From Basidiobolus meristosporus CBS 931.73 (Eukaryota > Fungi > Basidiobolomycota): DNA of 64,000 nt. Numbering within the stretch: position 1 is the first letter of the stretch; each line of letters begins with the position of its first letter. The stretch covers positions 1 to 64,000 of the forward strand of contig MCFE01000402.1 in NCBI GenBank assembly GCA_002104905.1. Reading direction: 5' to 3'. Made by a program: the position numbers and the translations under genes. The notes under the pieces are model-generated. The model was not told where the DNA came from. It worked only from the letters and a program-made list of their open reading frames with translations, and searched no databases. Shown here in pieces: positions 1 through 10,871 of the stretch.

Positions 1-604
1 GTATTGGAGGTGTAAATCAACAGTACACAAGCAATAAAATTGCTCATTAGGTGCTGGAAGTCGCATACTAGCTTAGTAATCATGATCTAAAATTTCATCA
101 CTTTCTGGATGCACACACACCACAGTATATCTGGCGTGTGCTTTGGTCTCTTCTTGGTAAAACCTAAATGACGTATATTTTCATCCAACTAAGACGTTGA
201 CATCTGGGGCCTTGTAAAAACTCCCACCCCTTGAGTCACTTGATAGGTGAAGTGGAGGCGGTAAGCATCATTTATCCTCGGCTTAATAAGATAATATATC
301 CGAGTGCTGTGCGTATTTACCGAATATCTACGTTCTCTATGAACTCTACATTGTTGACAATTCATGATTTTAATTTGAAGGGTAATCCAAATCTTACAAA
401 TTAGAATTTCAATATACTCAGCGGATGACTTGGAAAATTCTCAAGGATCAAACATCTGCTGCCCAACTAGTATCAGTCACAATCGCCATGTCAAGCTTAT
501 ATATACATGGCAATTATGAATTTAAGCTTTGCCCTGCGGCTCACAACTGAATATAAAAGCGATGCATGAGGTAAGATTCACTCTCTATAACCTCGATTTG
601 AGTT

Positions 605-2564
605 ATGCCTACCAAAAAATACTCCGACGGAACTACACCGCAAATTGCTATCCTCGGTGGAGGGTATTTGGCATTGCTTCTGATTTTACCACTTAATTTT
701 TAACATTGCATGTAGTGTTTCGGGCATGTGCATTGCTATCCAGTTAAAGCGCACTCTCGGTTTAGACTCCTTCACCATATATGAATCGGGTGACGACCTT
801 GGGGGAACATGGCTTGCGAATAAATACCCCGGCTGCGCCTGTGATATACCTTCGCATGTGTATTCTTTCTCATTCGAACCTAATCCCGGTGAATACGTAT
901 AATGGCTTTCATATGCCGAATTTTATGCCTAACTGAAATGGAATAGATTGGAGTGAGAAGTTCTCGCAAGGACCTGAGATCCTAAACTATTGTAGAAATG
1001 TGGCGAAAAAATACAACCTTTATCCATACACCAAGTTACGTACAACTGTTAACTCCGCTTTCTGGGATAAAGAAGCCCAGTTATGGAGAATAAAGATTCA
1101 GGAACGCGACGGTGACGAGAAGGAAGTATCCGCCAATATCATGTAGGTTATTCATCAATTACTACCAGTGCGAACAGGATTAATGAGAGTTTTTTCGCAT
1201 ATATAGAGTCAGTGGAGTAGGATTGCTCCGTACTCCAGCCATCCCGGAAAAATTCACGAACTTCAAAGGCCCATATATTCACTCTGCGCAGTGGAATTCT
1301 GAGTTCGATGTTGAGGGAAAGGATGTTGCTATAATCGGCAACGGTGCTAGGTTTGACATATATTCATACATAGAAATAATTGATCATTATCGAATTTTCA
1401 TCATATAGCGCGATTCAAATCATCCCGGAGATCGTCAACAAAGTAAAGACTTTGTACGTCTATCAGAGAACACCTAGTTGGATCGTTCCACGTAACAACT
1501 ACAGATATAACGGAGTGGTTAAATGGATCTTCCGATATGTTCCATTTGTACGACGAGTGTATCGTTGGTTCTTATTCTTGAATGTAAGTGTTTATATTAT
1601 ATATATAAATCAGATGCTAATAGCAAGAATCTTTAGCTTGAAATGCGGTTTGGCATTACCCAACCTGGAACCTGGATATCACGTATGGGAGCACGCCGGG
1701 GGCTATTGCATATGAAAAATCAAGTGACCGATTTGAACAAACGGTCTCTCCTCACTCCCCATTATGCGATAGGTTGCAAACGTATTGTGGTTTCGGATGA
1801 CTATTTCCCAGCACTAGATCAGCCCCACGTTCATATTGAAACCTCCCCAATTACTGGTATCGAGGGACACACCGTTCTCACTGAATCTAACAAGCAGACA
1901 GTAGATGCAATGATCCTTGCTACTGGATTTAGGGTCCAGGATTTCCTTGCTCCATTGAAGGTGTACGGAAAGGGAGGTAACGAAATCAGTGAGGTATGGC
2001 AGTCGGAGCCAAAATCGTACCTTGGTATCATGAGTACTGGATTCCCTAATATGTTTATGCTACTTGGGCCAAACACTGGACTAGGTATATTTCAATCTTT
2101 ATATATATTTATATATTTACCATGCGCATTACCCCAAAACTGCCAATTCCTAGGACATAACTCGGCCCTTTTCATGATTGAATGTCAGGCAAGTAGTGTC
2201 CATTTGTCAAGCGTATGCCCTACACCCAACCCTAACTTCGGCAAACGTAGGCCAACTATACTGTAAAAATGGTATCTGAAATGATGAAACGCAATTGTAG
2301 GTCTGTGGAGGTAAAGAAATCCGCCCAGGAACAATTTGACTCCAAGGTTCAGAAAGAACTGAGTCGCAGTGTATGGGCAACGGGCTGCCGTAGCTGGTAC
2401 AAAAACCATAATGGAATTGTGAGTAAATTGCTGGCATGCAATACGTTGGTCATCTTAGTCTAATCATTAAACTTTAGATAACCGCCCTATGGTCAGGGAA
2501 CTGTATAGACTACTGGAGAGCCACCAGATCATTGAAAGTCTCTGATATTCAATTTGTGAAGTAA
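605..2564 (+). CDS. FAD/NADPH-dependent monooxygenase, Baeyer-Villiger (cyclohexanone monooxygenase-like) family; multi-exon
   Basis: Spliced translation gives the N-terminal Rossmann motif IAILGGG/VSG, then GGTWLANKYPGCACDIPSHVYSFSF, the BVMO fingerprint FKGPYIHSAQW, a second Rossmann motif VAIIGNGA, plus YQRTPSW, ILATGF, GFPNMFMLLGPN and VWATGCRSWY. TATA-like ATATAAAA at ~551. Confidence 0.9.
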
Positions 2565-3379
2565 TTGATCTATTGGATCCACTAGATCCTCTGACTCGTT
2601 CCCACCTGGAGTCTATTCAGTTCAAATTCGAATCAGTAAACAACACATTGTCCAGGCCTAGTGGGTTTTCACCAATTGGTGACTATTTTCCAATTATTTA
2701 TGCTACCACTTGGCAACATGTTTTCAACTCATTATACCGTTGATATGTCCGTATTAAGATGAATGTGTGTATATGAGTATAGGAATGTAAGTAACACGGA
2801 TCTTGGAGATGCATTCAAAGATATAAACCACCCATATTTATTCAATATACTGGAATTGAATCTTCAAGAAACGTGGGCCATTCCAATGGAGGAAAAGGCA
2901 TTAGGAGACTCCTCATGCTCCTTCACCTCCTGTATGGTATGAGTGTGCCCCGACTGACCGTATAAGAACCCTTCCAGCGTTCAAACCACTGTCGGCGTTG
3001 CTTCAGAAGTTGCCTACGGTCCAATCAGCAGAAGAAGTTGAACAGGTCATCTTAGAATTCCCACACAGATAGCGTAGTAAGATCAGTTCGCTTCACTCTA
3101 AGTAATCTCGAGGCAACTCCATTGATGACATTCAGCTGTTGGATAATTTGCTCACTTGGGTTGTCAGAGTGGTGTTTGGCCTGAAATCCCCTGAATGATA
3201 GTCAGGATTGGAGCAACAGGAATTCTTAGGTTTAAAAATGATGTAAGAAATTCCGATGACTTCTTACATTTCAAGGGTTTCTTGGTTGAGATAAAAGCTT
3301 GTATGCTAGTTAAATGAGCCCATAAGCTTTTAGATTAGAGAAATGCATGAATATTTATTGAAATAGAGGATATTAAAGG

Positions 3380-4195
3380 CTAACTCAAAAATACAAACCA
3401 AGCGCGCCCCACACGAACTTCGGTATCCCCACCGTACCCAGTTCGCGATTCAGCATTCTCGCTTTGGGCAAAGTATCCATCTTTCTTGCGACCGTTAATC
3501 ATTACCTGCGTACCAAAGTATATCTGGCGAGAATGGCACTCTCTCAGCGTCATAGTTCTTGTTCGAGGGAATAAGATTATCTCATTTTGGTCATCGGCAA
3601 ATCTTATGTCTTCTTCGACCCCTTTACCATCAGGCTTCATGATGTTGGCCTCTTTTACAAAGATTGGGTTGCTGCTGCTGGTATAAATGGGTTTGGTCGG
3701 ATCATACCTGCACCCGCTTCTAGGACACGGTATTTCCCTAGTGTTAATGCATGCGTAGGCATAACGAAAGCCGGCATTACGTGTGTTGTCGCGGAAAAGA
3801 TTCTTTTCGATGAAATAGTTGGAGCATTTTTGAACTTGTTTCCGGAATTGCCCGTAGATTCGACAACCTTCTTGGTTTGTATCGTAGTTCTCCTGCCATT
3901 CATCACTCTTGTATGCCTCTTTGTTGTTGACGCTGAGAGAAGCGATGTAATTCAGCTGGTTTTTATCCCGTAACAGCTCGCTGGGAATTAGATCCGTATT
4001 CTTGATCCGTAGGTCGTTCTCCGCTTGGACTATCTCCTTGATGATATTTGCCCGTATACGACTATCTTTAAAGAAGGAATCAGATCGCTTTTCAAATTGG
4101 GCGGGAAACACCACAGGTTCAACCAAGCCTTGGCCTCGAACAAGGTTAAGAGTATTGGCCAGAAGTAAGCAAAGGAGGGGAGAAGCAGTAACCAT
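3380..4195 (-). CDS. Intronless secreted protein of unknown function (~271 aa, 6 Cys in the mature part)
   Basis: The 298-codon ORF's second Met (4195) starts a signal-peptide-like stretch MVTASPLLCLLLANTLNLVRG. A possible Kex2 site FEKR follows. No family recognised. Confidence 0.7.
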   Translation of the reverse strand: MVTASPLLCLLLANTLNLVRGQGLVEPVVFPAQFEKRSDSFFKDSRIRANIIKEIVQAENDLRIKNTDLIPSELLRDKNQLNYIASLSVNNKEAYKSDEWQENYDTNQEGCRIYGQFRKQVQKCSNYFIEKNLFRDNTRNAGFRYAYACINTREIPCPRSGCRYDPTKPIYTSSSNPIFVKEANIMKPDGKGVEEDIRFADDQNEIILFPRTRTMTLRECHSRQIYFGTQVMINGRKKDGYFAQSENAESRTGYGGDTEVRVGRAWFVFLS

Positions 4196-5698
4196 TTTTC
4201 GTTGAATTCCTTGAGCAGCAATTCTTGGCCATTTATATCCTTTGCTATTGTAGTCGGGCGCATAAGTCAAAGCCAATTATGGTAGCGGCTAAGGGAACTC
4301 ATGATGTTTACTTATTGCTAGAGCATCTATAGGGGTGATTTACATTCCTGTCTTTATGAGCTCAACGTAACCTTGGAACACTAACCAGTTGTTTGTGACA
4401 CATCGCAAAATCATTATCTGCCTAGTATGAATAATCATGGGTGTGTTGTTGATCCATAGTTTGGTAGTGCTAGTGTAGCCCTAATGCCATAATTCTATTG
4501 CCTTCAACGGCTAACAATGGAATTGAAAGGTGAACTATGTTTGAATTTTCTCTAATATTAGTGACAATCACACTCCATCCTTCTTGCGTCACGATTCCTA
4601 CAAATACAATCAGATCTGTTAGATTGTTACTACAACTACCAAGGTACCATCAGGGCTATACCGTTCGCAGAATTGGCCATGAATAGAACTAAGTGGCTGT
4701 TTTGTTCCAGTCTTGATCCAATAACTCTCACTTTGATGTATACACTGCCCCAGGTCTGTCGTAAGTATTGAAAGTGGCTTGTAGAATATTTCCTTGGCTG
4801 TTTACAGAATTGAAACGAAGTACCGATACCTTCTATATGGTATTATAAAAAGCGACGATAAGAAATTCCAGGAAAGGCTCAATAAGAAATATACAAAATT
4901 TCGGTTTTTTTGGTGAAGTTGAAGTTTCTTGATGGTCTTGAAGCTTTCTATTTGAGATATAGAAGATCTTTTGGCTTCAGGGTATCGCTGACTCGCATAT
5001 GGATACCTTGACTCAACTTTTAAAGAAGGTGTGGTTGTGAATAGTCACCTAGGGGCGGTCAAAATGAGTGATCCTTACTTGGTTATCCGGGTCGCAAAAT
5101 ATATTAAGCCATGCAAGTCTTGACGCAAGCTACTGATGCAAACGGGAATCTACTAAATCCTTTGGGAAAACCAGCGGTATCCAACGATAAGATGCCCCTG
5201 GAGGTGTTTGAGAATTTGTTCTTGGTATCCCATCTCAACTTTTGCATTGTTAATAGAGCCACAGTCATGCCAGAATTTGATGATATAGAGGCGGTTTGGA
5301 TAGCACATAATATTCTACGAGGAGTGTTCCCTTGAATATAAATTTTATCATAACAAGTGGAGGTAGAATTCATTGTGCAACTAATATTTAGATAAGCTTT
5401 CCTCGTTGAGCGTGCAATCTGAATCCGAAGTGCGGCATACATTTTTGAGTTATATGCATGCTTAAGAGCGCATAAAGACACAAATTGGAATGTCAAATAT
5501 ATACTGTAATGCTAATCAGACATGATCATTTAGGGTATTAAAAAATTCTGCTCTATTCTTCCCAATTATTTGAAGTGCCAGAAGGACACTGCACTGTAAT
5601 TGTGTATTAGCTTCATTTCAACTATTATATTAATAGTGTTAGAAGTAAATGAGACTTATTAAATACGAATCCAATGAGGTCGAAAAAATCGGATGCAT

Positions 5699-5770
5699 TG
5701 CCTACTGCCAGGATTGAACTGGCGACCTTTAGTTTACGAGACTGACGCGCTACCACTGCGCTAAGCAGGC
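5699..5770 (-). tRNA. tRNA-Thr(CGT)
   Basis: Minus strand folds as a cloverleaf: acceptor GCCTGCT/AGTAGGC, D arm GCGC/GCGC, anticodon loop CTCGTAA, T arm GCCAG-TTCAATC-CTGGC. One anticodon-stem mismatch; T6 terminator downstream. Confidence 0.9.
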
Positions 5771-6178
5771 CTGCCATAACTCCTTTTAAGTATAAAGGTG
5801 GAGCTAGATTACATCAAAATTGTAGCATATACGCAGGATTCTACTGTGGCTCAATAATATTACAAGGAGATTCGGAACTAGAAATCCTATGTCGATACAC
5901 TTACAACCGCATATCAATAGCTACCGAGCAAAATGATCAAAGTAACGTTTTAAATGAAAAAGAAACATACGTCAGCATATGCTGGTCCGGTCTCTGAATT
6001 CACCAAAGACATCTCGGAATGATATAAATGACTTCACAAATACTTATACCTTTGAATATTCGCAACGTAAATATAGAGCGAGATTCATCACTCTCAAAAA
6101 TTTGTTTCTTCCATTCCAAACTTAATTCAGTCACAATCTCATTCTTGACGGTTTAATGGGCATTGTATTCATGAAAAT

Positions 6179-6251
6179 TAACCAAGCCAGGGGTCGAACC
6201 TGGGACCTTCCGCTTAGGAGGCGGACGCTCTATCCACTGAGCTACGAGGCC
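6179..6251 (-). tRNA. tRNA-Arg(CCT), acceptor stem defective (possible pseudogene)
   Basis: D arm GCTC/GAGC, anticodon arm TCCGC-CTCCTAA-GCGGA and T arm CCAGG-TTCGACC-CCTGG all pair perfectly. Acceptor GGCCTCG/CTTGGTT has two mismatches and two G-U pairs. Confidence 0.75.
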
Positions 6252-6261
6252 GCTTTGCGAT

Positions 6262-6584
6262 TGTTACAGAGTAACGAGTCACTCGATGTCAAGTGACATC
6301 AACGCATACAAAGACAACTTAGTAGCCAAGGAAAAGCAAAACAAGACAAATTACCAGACTCACAATAAGGTATAAATACCAACCAAGCAATCAAATAAAA
6401 AGGGAGTTTGGTTATAAACAGAAAGAGCAGTAGAAACAAATATTAATCTGAATATATTTCTACAAAGTCACCATCCTAACCTTTTAAGAGATATTCTTAC
6501 ACTACCCCATCGAATCTACAAGATAACATACACATTATCCATTTTTGTACTCTCTAAAGGGCATTACTCTTTAAGTACGTAACA
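6262..6584 (+). mobile_element. Solo LTR, family 1 (323 bp)
   Basis: Ends TGTTAC...GTAACA, flanked by a 4-bp direct repeat CGAT (6258-6261 and 6585-6588). Internal TATAAATA (~6371) and AATAAA (~6394). Confidence 0.75.
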
Positions 6585-6589
6585 CGATT

Positions 6590-6892
6590 TGTTACGCTTG
6601 TAGAGGCAAATCCCGGCTAAACAGTAAATCTCTTGGGACTCAGGTGAAAGTAAGAGTTAATCCAGGATACAAGGGAGAAGATAATTTATACGTGTACAAG
6701 TCTGTCTACAATAGTTGTTCATGGTGTGCTTTATATACTGTGTGCTAAATTAGGTTTTAGTGATAAATTGGTGATAAATAGGGTTTTTGTCAGAGTAACT
6801 CTATTTGGTTGCAGATTGGTATGATTGGTCTTATATCAGTACAGATGATTGCCCTACTACTTATTACTACTGGTATAATATACTCTGTAGCA
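6590..6892 (-). mobile_element. Solo LTR, family 2 (303 bp)
   Basis: TG...CA ends, flanked by GATT (6586-6589 and 6893-6896). Aligns along its length with 9371-9696. Strand inferred from a TATATAAA on the minus strand. Confidence 0.8.
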
Positions 6893-7260
6893 GATTTTCA
6901 TGGTTAGGTCATCAGCATCCTCAAACCGTCACAGTTGGAGACCTACCCCTGAGCCATCTGTTGCTTATTACTAAATTTGGTATATGGCACAAAGACCTCA
7001 GAGTAGCAAATGTAACTCAAAAGTATAAAACAGCAAATAAATTCTGGATAATAAAGCAGTTTTCCTTCCTTTCAATTTTGCCTATTGATTCCCAATCTCT
7101 GGCCAGTATTGTTGGTAGTACATACTGCATCAGTGGTAGCAGCAACTTGACAAAAAATCCAAGGTAACCATGCCCTACCATGAGTGAGAGCAGATTTGTA
7201 AAACAGTTACTCAACATCCAGAACCTTATATGAGAGCATCTTACAAGAACCAAATTAACA

Positions 7261-8325
7261 AGACATCCAAAAGTCAGGTTACCAACCCCAGATGTCTATT
7301 GTAGACAGAGAGTAGCACATGAGATCAAAGCATGGTTATGTGCAGTAGACCATTATGGTGAAGCTATGCAATCAACACCAGTATAGAAGGTGATTATACT
7401 ATATCATTACTACAGGATGATGCAGCTATATGGTGGAGATGTAATCACCCAATGGAGCTACAGGAGGACTGGGAATATTTCAAAACAAAGTTATATACAG
7501 AATTCAAGCTCTCAAATTACTTGCAGTTGGCTTAGGATATATCAGCCACTATGCAACAAACAGCCTTGGTTGCCCATTATGTCCCAGAATTCAGGAATTT
7601 CATCCTACAGATTCCAACAATATCACATGATGAAAAACCTGATTGATATGTATATGGACTGAAAGCATGCACCAAAGCAGAAGTTAAGTAACAAGACCCT
7701 GCAACATTTGAAAAGGCTGTTAGAATGGCAGATGTTGTAAAAATTTGGAATTCCACCTAAATATTGACCTAACTTAGTCACTTAGATCATTACCTTCAAA
7801 TCCTAGAGAATACTGACCAAATTCCTTGTTGGGATTTACTTAGAATATTTTCACCATAATACCAGGTACGCAGAACAAGAAAATTCTCAAAGCTGTCCAA
7901 ACAGCCCCAATCTTTGCACACATGTTCTTGGGACCTTCCTTAATCTATTCTACGTGCTTGTTATGCCAAGACCATGTAAAAGTATAAACACTACTTTTAC
8001 ATTCAATAAATCATTCAGTGAAAACCACATAATCTACTTGTTCTCCCAATCACTTCCAATATCTCCAAGACTCTTACAACAGCAGAGAGGGTGAATCCAA
8101 TGCTGTTTCAATCCAAAACAGGTAGAGTCCACTTGCCACCTTAAGTATTTGCCATGCCACCAATTAGGATGATTAACAAGATCCAATGGAGAAAGTATCA
8201 CGGGTAGCACAGTCTGACCTGCCCAAGGTGAGTGAAGAGTTGCATGAGGAATATAGAAGAAAAGGCTTTAGTTTCTGGTGTAGCCAATCCAAACACATTC
8301 CAGGAGAATGTCCCAGGAAGTAAAA
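7261..8325 (+). pseudogene. Decayed Ty3/gypsy-type gag (capsid plus zinc knuckle), interrupted
   Basis: Translation across stops and frameshifts gives RLPTPDVY...EIKAWL...LLQDDAAIWW...WEYFKTKLYTEF...YVPEFRNFILQIP...YVYGLK...PATFEKAVRMA. At 8180-8325: PMEK...YRRKGFSFWCSQSKHIPGECP, a degenerate CCHC knuckle. Confidence 0.75.
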
Positions 8326-8550
8326 TAGTGCAAGGTGACAATTATAGATAGCCTGGTTATTGTTGTATTATTAAGTTGTCACCTAAATATTCATGCTAAC
8401 TTAGTCACATAGATCTTACTCTTTGATTAGCACTCTGTCCTGACCAAATTTCTTGTTAGGATTTACTTGAATATTTTCACCAATATATCAGGTACCCAAA
8501 TGATGAGCTTTCTCAAAGCTCTCCAAAAGCCCCCAAACTTTGCACACTAC
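7754..8550. repeat. Two diverged ~170-bp copies (7754-7925 and 8377-8550) of an LTR-like fragment
   Basis: Shared string CACCTAAATATT...AACTTAGTCAC...GACCAAATT...GATTTACTT...ATATTTTCACCA...TCTCAAAGCT...TTTGCACAC. The second copy starts with TGTCAC. Confidence 0.5.
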
Positions 8551-9287
8551 TTGGAGTAGAAATGGCAAATGCTCAAACTAAGCTAACCAACCAAGCAGCT
8601 CAGGCTACACCGGAAATTGGCACCTATGTTGCTTGGCTGAGGCTTGATCCTAATCTGGGCTTGAGTGCTAAGACTTTGAGGGCAAAGTTGTAACACATTG
8701 AAGCTTACACTATGGCAACCAAAGGCTTAGCACTTAAGACCATATTAAGAACAAGCCTCAGCCCAACAATACAGTATTTAGCAACAGAGCCAAAACATTG
8801 ATAAAACACTTAAGACCCAACCTTTCCTGAACCTTGAATCTTTTACAAATGTTAAAGTTCCTACTTCAAGAATTGCCTTGACCCCTCAGATTCCCGAGAC
8901 AGGCTTACAATAAATAATCTTGTAAGAAAAGATCTGTTATGATTTAAATCATAACTGGATAAACCATATAAGCGTCTAGATTAGGGATCAGTACCACACA
9001 GATATAGCACTATCTCCTGTGCATTCCCTTCATCTTTGCTATAAATCCATTTTTATATTCATGTAAGCGATGGTAGATTTGGCCTTGTAGGCTAGTAATA
9101 CAAGGGTCTCCTATAGGTATACTTGATTTCTTTACTAACGTATCAGTGATTCCACTTCCATCGCATGTATGTCATCCACAAAATCTCGCGGTGATTGTAA
9201 CTTGAACGGCATCAATAGCCTCGGTACCCAAGATTGATAGTGCAAAACGTTAAGTTTCTGATAATACTTTCTGATTCAATAAGTTTA

Positions 9288-9360
9288 CGAGGCGCATGGG
9301 ACTCGAACCCACAATCCCCAGATCCGAAGTCTGATGCCTTATCCATTAGGCCAACGCCCC
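9288..9360 (-). tRNA. tRNA-Arg(TCG)
   Basis: Cloverleaf: acceptor GGGGCGT/GCGCCTC, D arm GCCT/AGGC, anticodon loop CTTCGGA, T arm GTGGG-TTCGAGT-CCCAT. Confidence 0.92.
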
Positions 9361-9370
9361 GCATATACCT

Positions 9371-9696
9371 TGTCAAACTCGTAGAGGGAAATCCCGGTTA
9401 AGCAGTATATCTCTTGGGATTCCGGAGAGGGTAGAGTTAATCCAGGTTGCAAGGAAGAAGATACTTTATTTGTGTACAAGCCTGTCTGCAATCGTTATTC
9501 ATGGTGTGCCTTTTATACTGTGTGTGCTAATTAGGTTTTAGTGACAGATTAGTGATAAATTGGTGCTAGATAGGGTTTTGGTCCGAGTAACTCTATTTGG
9601 GTGTAGATCGGCATGATTGCCCTCATATCCATACAGATGGTTGTCTTTTGCGGAGTACCTACCACTTATCCTACAGGTATACTTTACCCTGTAACA
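9371..9696 (-). mobile_element. Solo LTR, family 2 (326 bp)
   Basis: Ends TGTCA...TAACA, flanked by ACCT (9367-9370 and 9697-9700). Homologous to 6590-6892. Confidence 0.8.
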
Positions 9697-10871
9697 ACCT
9701 GTCGTTTTTGGATTATCCAATCGTACAAAAGGGAGAAGATCTAACGTAGCCACTTCAATCGTCAAAAGAAAACTGCTTTATTAACTGTGCCTCGCATAGT
9801 TTATATCATAACTTACATCCCATGTGATAGTTAATTTTATAGCGACTCGGTTCCAAATAGACTGATTACTGTGCTGTACTAACTATTATTGCATGCCATT
9901 TTTGCAGTACTAGGGTGTTTCGACCGTTCGAGCTTCTTGCCACAACATACTGCTGTTGATAAATCAAAAGATCAAGCACATCAAACAGCCACGTAAACCC
10001 CAATGAGAATAGCAACAAACACCAAACTTATTAAATACAAAGATGAACCATTCTTCAACATGTATAACAGTTCCGATTCTAAACAACCGTCTCACAAGAG
10101 TTATAGAATTATTTGAAAATTTCTGCGCGAATTCCTAGAAGTAAATAACTATAACCCAGCACTCAAATAAAAGATAGGCAGTTTTCACAGTCCGAAGATT
10201 GGTCAAATTCACCAATCAAAGTTAACCGCTCCGATCTGAGTTTATTGAGCTTAACACTGAATTTTCTAAAAATCGAGGAGTATGTATCAGATAAAAATTT
10301 GACATTAATAAAAACGCATATGCTTCATGCCAACTAGGGTTGAATAGCACGCGATATATCATACACTTAGATGTACCAGGCCACAGTATAGTGGGGTTTC
10401 TTTCTCCAGAAAGTGATAGAATCCCTCGAAACGCTTGCTGAGCTTTAACGGTCCTCAATACATTGTGAGTACTTTGAATATGCCCACCGCTGAAAGGTTT
10501 GTCTCTACCCTACAATGATACTTTTGCGAGATTCGCCTGTTTAGTTCTACGAATTCAATTCCTATTGATGATTGGATCCATAAATACGCATTAATGTAGC
10601 TGAATAGTGCACCTCCATACTAACAGATCTCAAAAGTGAACGACACAAATAAACCGCTAAAGACTGACAATTGCAAACTGAATAAATAGCCATAATATCA
10701 TGTATATGGAAATCGCTTGTAAAAATGCTCGAGAAATATGAAACATAGCATGTATGCATATTATATCAACATGACATCTATTTAAACAACTGTTTGATCA
10801 TTATACCTTTTAACAACTCTTCATATAGTTCTTAAAGGCCCTTTTTCAGAGGAAACCTAATTCTAGAAGTC

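Noticed and set aside
605-2564. Monooxygenase as a tailoring enzyme for the peptide array
   Set aside because: It lies ~28 kb away behind eight unrelated housekeeping genes, and BVMO-type enzymes are not known peptide-tailoring partners.
2820-5496. Coding-like fragments with stops at ~2820-3230 and ~4400-5500 (including ORFs 5104-5496 and 5111-5335)
   Set aside because: Probably decayed genes, but I could not match any family motif; a kinase-like impression failed for lack of HRD/DFG.
5771-5830. LTR upstream of tRNA-Thr(CGT)
   Set aside because: No TG...CA element with a TSD at 10-11 nt. This tRNA appears to be an empty site.
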